The translations under genes were made by a program, and so were the position numbers. Below are positions 44,506 through 53,754 of a DNA stretch of 64,000 nucleotides, one piece after another. The stretch lies in the NCBI GenBank assembly GCA_965220965.1, contig OZ244852.1, forward strand, positions 2,304,001 to 2,368,000. Reading direction: 5' to 3'. Below the pieces are notes generated by a model, which was given only the letters and a program-made list of their open reading frames with translations, had not been told where the DNA came from and ran no database searches. Each line of letters opens with the position of its first letter. Position 1 is the stretch's first letter. The DNA is from Candidatus Marinacidobacterium sp. (GTDB lineage Bacteria > Acidobacteriota > Vicinamibacteria > Marinacidobacterales > Marinacidobacteraceae).

Positions 44506-45651
44506 ATGCGCGCCGAGGTCAGGGCCTACCCGGAGGCGGTTCGAGCGAACCTCGTCCACCTCCGGAAGGACCGCGGCCTCTCCCAGGCGGCGCTGGCCGA
44601 GCGCGCCGGACTGGCGCGTAGCGCCATCGGCCGGATCGAGCGGGGACAGGCCGGGCCGCGCGGCCGCACGCTCTCGTCGCTGGCGACGGCTCTCGGCGTT
44701 CCGGTGACCGATCTCCTGCGTCAAAGACGCACGCTTCACGCGGTGCGTTTCCGCTCCCGCAAGCGACTCCCCGGCCGCGCCGCCATCCTGGACGCGGTCG
44801 CCACGTGGCTCGACGACTACCTGGAGCTCGAACCGGATCCGCCGCCATGCTCGTTGCTGGAGGCCCTTGCCGGCCTCGCCCTGGACGAGCCCGAACAGGC
44901 CGCGGCGGCCGCCCGGAGGGAGATGGGTCTGGACGACCGCTCCCCGATACGCGACATCTGCGGCCTGTTCGAGACGCAGGGCCTCAAGGTCCTCGTGCTC
45001 CGGCGACAGAGCGACGCGTTCTTCGGGCTCTCGGTCGGCGAGGCGGACGGGGGACCAGCAGTGGTCGTGAACGCCTGGGAGCGAATTGCGGTCGAGCGCT
45101 GGATCTTCAGCGCGGCGCACGAGTTGGGCCACCTCCTGCTTCATCCGGCGGATTTCGACGGAGACCAGGACGCCGAATCGGGCCAGACCGAACGCGAGGC
45201 CGACGCCTTCGCCGCGGCGTTTCTCATGCCGGAGCCGGCGTTCGCCGCAGCCTGGGACCGCACCCGCGGGCATGACCTCATCACCAGGGTCCTCAAGGTG
45301 AAGCGCCTCTTCCGAGTGAGCTACCGGACGGTCCTCCACCGCCTGGTGTCGACGGAGCGAGCTTCGGGGGACATCTGGCCGAGGTTCCAGTCGATCTACC
45401 GGGCCCGTACCGGCGGAACCCTCCGGAAGGCGGACGAACCGGAGCCTCTCCACCGGTCGGAATTCGCCTGGAGCTGGAGCCGCTCGGGGGAACCCGGCGG
45501 CCTCGAGCCTTACGACTTCGTGGAGGACCGGCTGGCGGGGCTCGTGCGGTCCGCCGTCGAAGACGGAAGAATCACTCTCTCCCGCGCCGCCGCGATGCTG
45601 AACCTTGACCTGACCGAGATGCGAGACCGGGCCCGGGCCTGGACCACCTGA
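44506..45651 (+). CDS. XRE-HTH fused to ImmA/IrrE metallopeptidase
   Basis: LRKDRGLSQAALAERAGLARSAIGRIERG; FSAAHELGHLLLH (HExxH); EREADAFAAAFLMP. Confidence 0.9.
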   Translation: MRAEVRAYPEAVRANLVHLRKDRGLSQAALAERAGLARSAIGRIERGQAGPRGRTLSSLATALGVPVTDLLRQRRTLHAVRFRSRKRLPGRAAILDAVATWLDDYLELEPDPPPCSLLEALAGLALDEPEQAAAAARREMGLDDRSPIRDICGLFETQGLKVLVLRRQSDAFFGLSVGEADGGPAVVVNAWERIAVERWIFSAAHELGHLLLHPADFDGDQDAESGQTEREADAFAAAFLMPEPAFAAAWDRTRGHDLITRVLKVKRLFRVSYRTVLHRLVSTERASGDIWPRFQSIYRARTGGTLRKADEPEPLHRSEFAWSWSRSGEPGGLEPYDFVEDRLAGLVRSAVEDGRITLSRAAAMLNLDLTEMRDRARAWTT

Positions 45652-45664
45652 CCCGGTAACCCCC

Positions 45665-46168
45665 GTGGCCGGCCTCGTGCTGGACGCGAATGTCCTGATC
45701 GACTACGAGGAGGCCGACCGGGAGATCCTCCGGCGCGCCAGCGCGCACTGGGGCCGCCTCGTCGTTACGGAAGCGGTCCTTCGCGAGGTTCGCCGACTCG
45801 ACCAGGGAGCGTGCGTCGAACTGGGGATCGAAGTCCTGACGCTGACCGACGAACAGGCGATTCGCGCGGCCCGCATGGCCGGTCAGGCTCGAGCGATATC
45901 GGACTCCGATGCGACATGCCTTCTCGCCGCTCTGGACCTGGGCCTTACGTGCGTGACGAACGACAAGCCGCTGCGCGTCCAGTGCGAGGAACACGGCGCG
46001 CCCGTCCTGTGGGGTCTGGAACTGGCGCTCAAGCTGGTCCGCGCCGGCGAGATCCGGGGAGTTCGCGCGGAGGAGGCGGGGCGGCGCATCCACCAGTCCA
46101 ATCCGCACATCACCGAGGAACTGCTGCTGCGCTACCTGAATCGTCTCCGGAACCTGGGCCCCGGTTGA
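45665..46168 (+). CDS. PIN-like domain protein
   Basis: LVLDANVLID, VLREV, SDSDATCL, TNDKPLR; 13 bp after the XRE-ImmA gene. Confidence 0.7.
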   Translation: MAGLVLDANVLIDYEEADREILRRASAHWGRLVVTEAVLREVRRLDQGACVELGIEVLTLTDEQAIRAARMAGQARAISDSDATCLLAALDLGLTCVTNDKPLRVQCEEHGAPVLWGLELALKLVRAGEIRGVRAEEAGRRIHQSNPHITEELLLRYLNRLRNLGPG

Positions 46169-46181
46169 GCGCGCCGACCCA

Positions 46182-49100
46182 TCACCGACGCGGCGGAGTC
46201 GTCCCCCGCGTCCGGATCGGGTCCGCCGGGCGGGGCGGGAGCGGGCGGGGATCCTCCTCCATCCGCCGCAGGACCTCCTCGATGGCCCGGTCGAGCTGGG
46301 GGTCGCCTCCTTCGATGACCGACTTCGGGTCGTTGTCGACCTCGATGTCGGGGTCCACGCCGTAGCCCTCGATGACCCACTCGCCCTCGGCGGAGGCGAA
46401 GCCGAACTCGGGGACGTTCACCGTGCCGCCATCGAGCAGCGTTCCCCGGTTCGTGATCCCGATGACCCCTCCCCAGCTCCGCTTGCCGATCAGCGGGCCG
46501 AGGCCCGCCTGCCGGAACATCGCCGGGAAGATGTCCCCGTCGGAGCCCGAGTTTTCGTCCAGCAGGCAGACGAGGTGCGGCGGGGGGACGACCCCGGGAT
46601 AGGTGCTCGCCGCCTCGCTGGTCCGCGAGTAGCCGAGCGCCAGCACCTCGCGCCGGAAGCGCTCGATGAGCATCTGGGAGATGTTCCCGCCGCCGTTCCC
46701 GCGAACGTCCACGATCATGCCCTCGCGGCGGACCTGGCTGTAGTACCACTTGATGAACTCGCGGATCCCGTTCGCGCCCATGTCCGGGATGTGGAGGTAG
46801 CCGACCCGGCCGCCGGTGGCTTCCTCGACCCGGCGGCGGCGCTCCTCGATCTGGTTCAGGTAGATCAGCGGGTCCTCGTCGCCGACCGGCTGGAAGCGCG
46901 CGCGGCGCGCGCCCTCGAGGGTTGGCTCGGCGTTGACGGTGAACTCGATCGGGCGGTCCGCCTTGTGGAGGAGCTGCCGGTAGGGGCTCTCGTCCCGCTG
47001 CAGCGGGACGCCGTCGATCGCGAGCAGGAAGTCGCCTTCCGAGACGTTCACGCCGACCTCGGTCAGCGGGGCGCGGTAGCGGGACTCCTCGTTGTGGCCC
47101 CGGAAGATCCGGGTGATCCGGTAGGCCCCGGCGTCGTCGTCCCAGCGGAACCGGGCGCCCGGGAACGCGGCGCCGGGCCGGTCGGGGACCTCGAAGTCCC
47201 CCCCGGCGATGTAGGCGTGGGAGACGTTCAGCTCACCGATCATCTCGCTGATCAGGTAGTTCAGGTCGGACCGGTGCTCGACGTGCGGCAGAAGCGCCCG
47301 GTAGCGGACGCGGAGGTCGTCCCAGTCGTGGCCGTGGAGGTTCTCCACGTAGAAGAAATCCCGGAACCGCCGCCACACGGCGTCGAAGATCTGCGCCCAC
47401 TCGGCCTTCGGGTCGCGGTCCGTCTCGAGGCTGGCGGTGGAGACCGCCTTGCCCGAGCCCGAGGCGCCGGTCCCGATGGGGTAGAGCTGGAAGCCGCTCC
47501 CCTGCCGGACGAGAACCTGCTTCCCGTCCTGGCTGGTCGCGTAGCCGGAGATGCCGGTGGCGAGCGTTCCCTCTTCGCGCTCGTTCAGGTCGAAGACGCG
47601 GAGCTCGGGGGGACGCGCCGGTCCCCGGCCGTAGAAGAAGGCCGCGGTGCGGGCGTAGAGCAGGAAGCCGTCGACCGCGCTGAGCCCGGCGTAGTTGTCC
47701 TCGCCGACCGGGACGCGCATGACGCGGTCCTGGAGGCCGTCGAAGTCGATGACGAGCGCGTCCGCGTCGGAGTCCTCATCCGGCTCCGCTTCCCCGGCGG
47801 CGTCTTCGCCAGCGGGCGCCGGCTCCTCGTCGCTCTCGGGCGGAAACAGGTGCGGGACATCGGGACGGAGCGCCACCGCATAGAGGCCGCTTTCCCGGTC
47901 GAGCGCGTAGTTCCACTCGAACTCGGCGATCTGCGGCTGGAACATGCGGTCGCTCAGGTAGAACAGGTAGTTCCCGTCGGCGCCCCAGGCGGGCGAGAAC
48001 TCGTTGAAGTAGGGACCGGTGACGCGGCGGAACTCGCCGTCTCCGGCCGACCAGATCCAGATCGAGGAGAACCCGCCCTCATCCTGGAGGCTCATCGCCA
48101 GGTGGCCGCCGCGCGGCGACCAGACGTAGTCGTTCACCTGACCGTGTCGTTCGTCAGCGGCCTCGACGACCGTCCGGTCGGCCACCGTGACCACGAAGAC
48201 CCGACCTTCCTTGTCGCTGAACGCGATCTTCTCGCTGTCGGGCGACCAGACCGGGCGGTAGCGCATCGCGAAGCCGCGCTCGGTGAGCTGGACCGGCTCG
48301 CCGCCCTCCTGCGGGATCCAGTAGAGCTCCTCCTCCCCGGTGGCGTCCGAGAGATAGGCGATCTTCGTTCCGTCCGGCGACCAGGCCGGCCACTTTTCGT
48401 GCGCGTCGGGCGAGGGCTGGAGCGTCCGCGTCACGCCGTTCTCCACCGGAACCGAGAACAGCTCCCCGCGGGCGGCCACCACGACCCGCTTCCCGGTGGG
48501 CGAGAGGTCGTACTGCTCGATGTTCCGGGCGGCGGAAACCCGCGACGGACGGCTGTGGAGACCGTCGGTGGGCACGGTGATCGGGATCTCGCGGGGAGCA
48601 GCCTCCGAGCCGGTGTCCAGAAGGTGCAGGACGCCGGCCTGCTCGAAGACGATGCGGCCGTCGGGGGCGGCCCCCGGCCAGCGGACATCCCAGGTGTCGG
48701 AACCGGTCCTGGCGCGGGTCTCGCCGGTCGCCGGGTCGAACGCATAGAGGTTGTTCGTCCCGCTGCGGTCCGAGGTGAAGAAGATCGTGTCCCCGATCCA
48801 CATCGGGTCCCGGTCGGAGTGCGGGTCGTCGGTGACCCGGGTCAGCTCGCGGCTGGCCAGGTCGAAGATGTAGAGATCCTGCGCCCAGCCCCCGGCGTAG
48901 CGCTTCCAGGCGCGGAAGTCCCGGAAGAGCGGCGAGTAGAGGATCCGCCCGCCATCGGGCGACCACGCTCCGGCCCCGGCGCGCGGCATCGGGAGCGGGG
49001 TCGGGAGGCCGCCCTCCCGCGAAACCTGGAACAGACGGCCCTCGGCGACGCCGACGCCGTCACGCAGCGAACGGAAGAGGATGCGGGCGCCGTCGGGCGA

Positions 49101-49466
49101 CCAGTCGTAGACGATGTTGTCGTAGCCCCAGCGGGTGGGCAGCGGGCCGGTGGCCGGGTAGAAGGTGAGCTGCTTCGGCGCGCCGCCGCCCGCCGGGATG
49201 ACGTAGACCTGCTCGTCGCCGTCGTACTGGCCCGTGAAGGCGATTTCGCTCCCGTCGGGAGAGAACCGGGGAAACAGCTCGAGACCCGGGTGCGAGGTCA
49301 GCCGCACCGCGGTCCCGCCGGACGCGGAGGCGGTCCAGAGGTCGCCGGCGTAGGTGAAGACGACCCGGTCGCCGTGGAGATCGGGGAAGCGCAGCAGCCG
49401 GGTCTGCGACGCGGCGGAAGCCGCCGTCAGCAGCGCGGCGAGGAGGACGAGGAGGCGAAAGCGCAT
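46182..49466 (-). CDS. Tricorn protease homologue (peptidase S41)
   Basis: LLRFPDLHGDRVVFTYAGDLW, PD40-type repeats (FSPDG, WSPDG), LNVSHAY, DVRGNGGGN, SGSDGDIF, GKRSWGG, IEGYGVDPD. Confidence 0.95.
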   Translation of the reverse strand: MRFRLLVLLAALLTAASAASQTRLLRFPDLHGDRVVFTYAGDLWTASASGGTAVRLTSHPGLELFPRFSPDGSEIAFTGQYDGDEQVYVIPAGGGAPKQLTFYPATGPLPTRWGYDNIVYDWSPDGARILFRSLRDGVGVAEGRLFQVSREGGLPTPLPMPRAGAGAWSPDGGRILYSPLFRDFRAWKRYAGGWAQDLYIFDLASRELTRVTDDPHSDRDPMWIGDTIFFTSDRSGTNNLYAFDPATGETRARTGSDTWDVRWPGAAPDGRIVFEQAGVLHLLDTGSEAAPREIPITVPTDGLHSRPSRVSAARNIEQYDLSPTGKRVVVAARGELFSVPVENGVTRTLQPSPDAHEKWPAWSPDGTKIAYLSDATGEEELYWIPQEGGEPVQLTERGFAMRYRPVWSPDSEKIAFSDKEGRVFVVTVADRTVVEAADERHGQVNDYVWSPRGGHLAMSLQDEGGFSSIWIWSAGDGEFRRVTGPYFNEFSPAWGADGNYLFYLSDRMFQPQIAEFEWNYALDRESGLYAVALRPDVPHLFPPESDEEPAPAGEDAAGEAEPDEDSDADALVIDFDGLQDRVMRVPVGEDNYAGLSAVDGFLLYARTAAFFYGRGPARPPELRVFDLNEREEGTLATGISGYATSQDGKQVLVRQGSGFQLYPIGTGASGSGKAVSTASLETDRDPKAEWAQIFDAVWRRFRDFFYVENLHGHDWDDLRVRYRALLPHVEHRSDLNYLISEMIGELNVSHAYIAGGDFEVPDRPGAAFPGARFRWDDDAGAYRITRIFRGHNEESRYRAPLTEVGVNVSEGDFLLAIDGVPLQRDESPYRQLLHKADRPIEFTVNAEPTLEGARRARFQPVGDEDPLIYLNQIEERRRRVEEATGGRVGYLHIPDMGANGIREFIKWYYSQVRREGMIVDVRGNGGGNISQMLIERFRREVLALGYSRTSEAASTYPGVVPPPHLVCLLDENSGSDGDIFPAMFRQAGLGPLIGKRSWGGVIGITNRGTLLDGGTVNVPEFGFASAEGEWVIEGYGVDPDIEVDNDPKSVIEGGDPQLDRAIEEVLRRMEEDPRPLPPRPADPIRTRGTTPPRR

Positions 49467-49686
49467 TGGGGGATCCGAAGGAGACTGGAGAAGAAGGGAA
49501 GGAAGAAGGAAACGTGGGGGTCGCGGCGGTGTTCCGCGAAGGCGGGGCGCAGGCCGGAGGATACGGGCGGCCGAAGGTGAGTCGGGCGTAGGCTGCGCGA
49601 GCGCCCGTTGGTCCGATGGAATCCTCGCCGCTCGCGCAGTGGAGGGGCCGTGCTGATGAGGGGCGCGTGATCGACCCGGTCCCGTC

Positions 49687-49992
49687 ATGAACTCCAGGAT
49701 CCCCGTCCCCCACGACCGGATCGCGACGTTCTGCCGGGCCAACGGCATCCGGCGGTTCTCTCTGTTCGGGTCCGTCCTGCGAGAGGACTTCGGCGCTGAC
49801 AGCGATGTCGATGTCCTTGTGGAGTTCGCTCCCGGGGTGCGCTTCGGACTGCTGGGACTCGCCCGAATGGAGCGCGAGCTCGGTGACATTCTGGGGCGCA
49901 AGGCGGATCTTCACGCGCCCGGTTGGCTGAAGGAATGGATGCGGCGCGAGGTGCTGAACACGGCGGAGCTGATCCATGAATCGCCGGAATGA
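49687..49992 (+). CDS. Minimal nucleotidyltransferase (MntA-type antitoxin), HEPN partner absent
   Basis: LFGSVLREDFGADSDVDVLVEF (GSx10DxD), LGRKADL. Confidence 0.88.
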   Translation: MNSRIPVPHDRIATFCRANGIRRFSLFGSVLREDFGADSDVDVLVEFAPGVRFGLLGLARMERELGDILGRKADLHAPGWLKEWMRREVLNTAELIHESPE

Positions 49993-50139
49993 CCGGGCGT
50001 CGCCAGTAACCGAGCTTCAGTGAGCCGGGAGTCTCCGGCGAACGCCCGCATCCGGGCCGCTGCGGCGCGCTGGCATGGGCGTATGCTCGGGGAGCGCCCC
50101 GGCCGCGGTTGAGTCCGGGAGGACTGGAGGTCAGAGACG

Positions 50140-51273
50140 ATGTTGCGACGGTCGTTCCTCGGATTGCTCGCCGGGTCCGGCGGGCTGCTGACGACGCGCG
50201 GAGGGCTCGGCGCGCCCGCGCCCGACGCCGGTCCGTTCGAAGCGTCCCCGTCCGGGCAAACCGCCGCGGCGCCGCGCGACCCGGCGATCACCGAGCTCTA
50301 CCGCCGCTCCGTCGTCATCGACTCGCTGGCGGTGGGCTACGAGTGGGACGACGTCGAGTACGACGCGGTCGACCGGTCCGGATACACCGGGATCCAGACG
50401 ACGCTGCCCAGCTCGAACTTCCCGGTCGCCGTCCGGGCGCTCGCCGAGTGGCGCCAGCGGATCCGGGAGAACCCCGACAAGCTGGTCCAGGCGACGAAGG
50501 CGCAGCACATCCGCGACGCCAAGGCCTCCGGCCGGATGGCGGTCGTCTTCGGGTTCCAGAACGCCACGATGCTCGAGGGCGTCCTCGCGAACCTGGACCC
50601 GCTCTACGAGCTCGGAACCCGCTGCATCCAGTTGACCTACAACTCGCAGAACCGGCTGGGCAGCGGGTGCACCGAGCGGGTCGACGGGGGGCTCTCCGAT
50701 TTCGGGGTGGAGGTCGTGGAACGGATGAACGAACTCGGGATCGTGGTGGATCTGTCGCACTGCGGGCGCCAGACCTCGATGGACGGGATCGTCGTCTCGA
50801 ACCGCCCGGCGGCGTTCACCCACACCTTCTGCGAGACGCTCTATCCCGATCACCCGCGCGCCAAGACGGACGCCCAGATCCGGGCCATGTCGGAGAAGGG
50901 CGGCGTCACCGGGATCGCGAGTCTCGGCTACTTCGTCGGACCCGACCCGGACACCTCGATCGACGACTACGTCGACCACATTCTCCACGCAGTGAACGTC
51001 GGCGGCATCGAACATGTCGGCATCTGCACCGACCACGCGATCCGCGGGCTGCGGTCCTGGGCGACCCGGGAGAACTGGTACGAGCCGCGCCTGAGGAGCT
51101 TCAAGCCGAGCTACCGGGTCCGCTGGCCTCCCTTCATCGAGGGCCTCGACGAGCCCGAGCGGTTCCTCAACGTGGCGCACGTTCTCCACCAGCGGGGCAT
51201 GGCGGAAGCGGACATCACCCGCATCCTGGGAGAGAACTGGCTCCGCTATTTCGGGGAGATTTTCGGGGGGTAG
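50140..51273 (+). CDS. Membrane dipeptidase (peptidase M19) with Tat signal
   Basis: RRSFLG, GFQNA, QLTYN, VDLSHCG, FTH, HVGICTD, ILGENW. Confidence 0.88.
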   Translation: MLRRSFLGLLAGSGGLLTTRGGLGAPAPDAGPFEASPSGQTAAAPRDPAITELYRRSVVIDSLAVGYEWDDVEYDAVDRSGYTGIQTTLPSSNFPVAVRALAEWRQRIRENPDKLVQATKAQHIRDAKASGRMAVVFGFQNATMLEGVLANLDPLYELGTRCIQLTYNSQNRLGSGCTERVDGGLSDFGVEVVERMNELGIVVDLSHCGRQTSMDGIVVSNRPAAFTHTFCETLYPDHPRAKTDAQIRAMSEKGGVTGIASLGYFVGPDPDTSIDDYVDHILHAVNVGGIEHVGICTDHAIRGLRSWATRENWYEPRLRSFKPSYRVRWPPFIEGLDEPERFLNVAHVLHQRGMAEADITRILGENWLRYFGEIFGG

Positions 51274-51310
51274 ACGGGGAGCGGGCGGTTACCGCCACGG
51301 ATCCGGCGCC

Positions 51311-52372
51311 ATGGCGCACATCACTGCCTTCCACGCCCACCGCTATCGCGGCATCAGCGGGCTCCGGGTGGACGACATCGCCCGGTTCAACGTCCTGACC
51401 GGGCCGAACGGAGTCGGCAAGACAGCGCTGCTGGAGGCGATCTGGCTCTTTCACGGCCGACGCGACCCAACGAGACTGTGGTCGCCGACGGTTCAGCGAT
51501 CCGCGAAGCCAGTCATCGACCCGGTCGCGACGCTGGCGAAGCCCCCGCTCCACCTCTCGGGCGCCGAGGCGAACGAAACCCATGAGTGGCAGGTGTCCTT
51601 CGAGGCGACTCCAATCGCGCCGTCTCCGGGATTCGAGAAGCCGCCTGCCACGAACGGCGCGGACTCCGTGGAGCCGTCGTTCCTGCAGAGGCCGCCCCGG
51701 GGCTCGCTCCGATGTGTCCTGGACGAGTCTGAGACCAACGGAGATCGCGCGCTCATGGAGGTGCGCAACGACTTCATATCGATCCCCCGGCCGCAGCCTG
51801 ATGGGCGACGTGCGTGGCTTCAGACCGCGGCCACCTACCACGACGTTGAGAAATCCGCCGTGGACAGGTTCTCCAGGTTGCTTGAACTCGGGCGCGAGCC
51901 AGAGCTGATGGGCGCGCTCCGGATGATCCTTCCTATCGTTGACGACCTGGCAATCGTCACGGCGCGGAATCGAGATCCCTACATCCTGGCAACGACGACC
52001 CACGGGGAACGGTTGCCGCTTCAGGCGCTCGGCCAGGGAATGATGCTCCTCTTCCGCACCCTCATCGCGATGCATGAGGCAGCCGGTGGCCTGCTCCTGA
52101 TTGACGAGATCGAGGGCGGGATCCATCACGAGACCCTGGAGCGTCTGTGGCGGCGACTGCGAGTCCTCGGCGGCGAGAGAGATGTCCAGGTGTTCGCCGC
52201 GACCCACAGCCTCGAATGCGTGGACGCGGCGATCCGCGCCTTTGAGGACGCCCCGGAGGATCTGGCCGTCCATTCGATCCGTCCGCCATCCGCGTCAAAG
52301 CCCCTGCGCGTTGTGACCCAGCGCGGCGAGGGTCTTCTGGCCGCCCGCGAACTGAACCTGGAACTGAGGTGA
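51311..52372 (+). CDS. AAA_21/AAA_15-type (ABC-like) ATPase, copy 2, no partner gene
   Basis: GPNGVGKT, LGQGM, LIDEIEGGIH, ATHS; paralogue of 28644..29717. Confidence 0.85.
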   Translation: MAHITAFHAHRYRGISGLRVDDIARFNVLTGPNGVGKTALLEAIWLFHGRRDPTRLWSPTVQRSAKPVIDPVATLAKPPLHLSGAEANETHEWQVSFEATPIAPSPGFEKPPATNGADSVEPSFLQRPPRGSLRCVLDESETNGDRALMEVRNDFISIPRPQPDGRRAWLQTAATYHDVEKSAVDRFSRLLELGREPELMGALRMILPIVDDLAIVTARNRDPYILATTTHGERLPLQALGQGMMLLFRTLIAMHEAAGGLLLIDEIEGGIHHETLERLWRRLRVLGGERDVQVFAATHSLECVDAAIRAFEDAPEDLAVHSIRPPSASKPLRVVTQRGEGLLAARELNLELR

Positions 52373-52415
52373 GGCGCCAGCAGGACCCGCCTGCGGCTGT
52401 CTCCCGATCCTGCGG

Positions 52416-53372
52416 GTGTTCCGTCGCCCGACCGGCCCGAAAGCTCAGAACGACGGACAGCGACTCGCCGTGATCCTCGACGGGGGGCTCGCCACCGAGC
52501 TGGAGGCGGACGGGTTCGACCTGAACCATCCGCTGTGGTCTGGCAGGCTGCTGCTCGAGGCGCCGGAGGCCATCGAGGCGGCGCACCACCGCTTCCTCGA
52601 GGCGGGCGCGGACTGCGTGATCTCGGCGTCCTACCAGGTGAGCTTCGAGGGGTTCCTGCGTCTGGGCCGGTCCCTTAACGAGGCGGAGCGGGCGCTCGTC
52701 CGCTCCGTCCGGCTGGCGCGGGCGGCGCGCGACCGGTTCTGGGCGGATCCGACGGTTCGAGCGGGTCGGCGTCGGCCGCTGGTGGCGGCGAGCGTCGGGC
52801 CCTACGGCGCGTTCCTGGCTGACGGATCCGAGTACCGCGGCGATTACGGCGTAGAGGACGACAAACTCGCCGACTTCCACCGGCGGCGGCTCGCCGTGCT
52901 CGCCGGCGCCGGCCCGGACCTGCTCGCGGTCGAGACGATCCCGTCGGCCGGGGAGGCGCGGGTGCTCGCTCGCCTGCTCGAGGAGGCGCCCGAGGGCCCG
53001 CCCGCCTGGATGGCGTTCTCCTGCCGGGATGGCGGCCGCCTCGCCGACGGGACCCCGGTGGAGGACATCGCGGCCGACGTCGCGACCAGCCCGAGGATCC
53101 GCTGGGTGGGCGTCAACTGCACCCCGCCGCGATTCCTGGCGGACCTGATCCCGAAGTTCCGCAGCGCGAGCGGGAAGCCGGTCGTCGCCTACCCCAACGG
53201 AGACGGGCGCTGGGATCCGGTCTCGAAGACGTGGGAGACACCGCCCCGGACCACGAACCTCGCGGCGCTCGCCCGGGAGTGGCGGCGGCTGGGCGCGGCT
53301 GTGGTCGGCGGCTGCTGCCGGGTCGGCCCGGCGGACATCCGGGCGATGCGCGCGGCCGTGGCCCGGATGTAG
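52416..53372 (+). CDS. mmuM: Homocysteine S-methyltransferase
   Basis: LDGGLATELE, LWS, SVGPYGAFLADGSEYRGDY, ETIP, GVNC, YPN, GGCC. Confidence 0.9.
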   Translation: MFRRPTGPKAQNDGQRLAVILDGGLATELEADGFDLNHPLWSGRLLLEAPEAIEAAHHRFLEAGADCVISASYQVSFEGFLRLGRSLNEAERALVRSVRLARAARDRFWADPTVRAGRRRPLVAASVGPYGAFLADGSEYRGDYGVEDDKLADFHRRRLAVLAGAGPDLLAVETIPSAGEARVLARLLEEAPEGPPAWMAFSCRDGGRLADGTPVEDIAADVATSPRIRWVGVNCTPPRFLADLIPKFRSASGKPVVAYPNGDGRWDPVSKTWETPPRTTNLAALAREWRRLGAAVVGGCCRVGPADIRAMRAAVARM

Positions 53373-53424
53373 AGTCGGATCGGCTCGGAAACCTCGAGGG
53401 ACCAACGGACCCGAGGACGCGGGG

Positions 53425-53652
53425 ATGCTGATCAGGACGCTGTTCGCACGACTCTGGGGGAGCTTCGCCCGCCGCGCTCCCAAGGATGAATCCGTCCGCC
53501 GCCTGGCGCACGCAAAGCGTCTCCGGGCCGGGCGTCGCCCCAAGCCATCGGCAGCGTTCGCCCGCTACTTCGGGGCGAAGCATGGCATCGAGCTTCCCCG
53601 GGCCCGCTACCGCTTCCGGCCACTGACATTCTCCGACGACCCGGAACGCTGA
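53425..53652 (+). CDS. Small basic hypothetical protein, C-terminus reminiscent of FitA-type antitoxins
   Basis: Fills the intergenic gap; ends FGAKHGIELP..RP..FSDD; weak resemblance only. Confidence 0.35.
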   Translation: MLIRTLFARLWGSFARRAPKDESVRRLAHAKRLRAGRRPKPSAAFARYFGAKHGIELPRARYRFRPLTFSDDPER

Positions 53653-53694
53653 CCGGCGGTGGCGCCGTCGAGCCGGCCACGAGCGCGACGCGGT

Positions 53695-53750
53695 GGCGAT
53701 ATATCCTTGTCAAACACGAGATGTGATGTGGTTTTTCAAGGTACATCGCC
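53695..53750. promoter_or_regulatory. Imperfect AT-rich inverted repeat at the 5' end of the second AAA_14/DUF4143 gene
   Basis: GGCGATATATCCTTGTCAAAC...GTTTTTCAAGGTACATCGCC. Confidence 0.5.
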
Positions 53751-53754
53751 CGGT

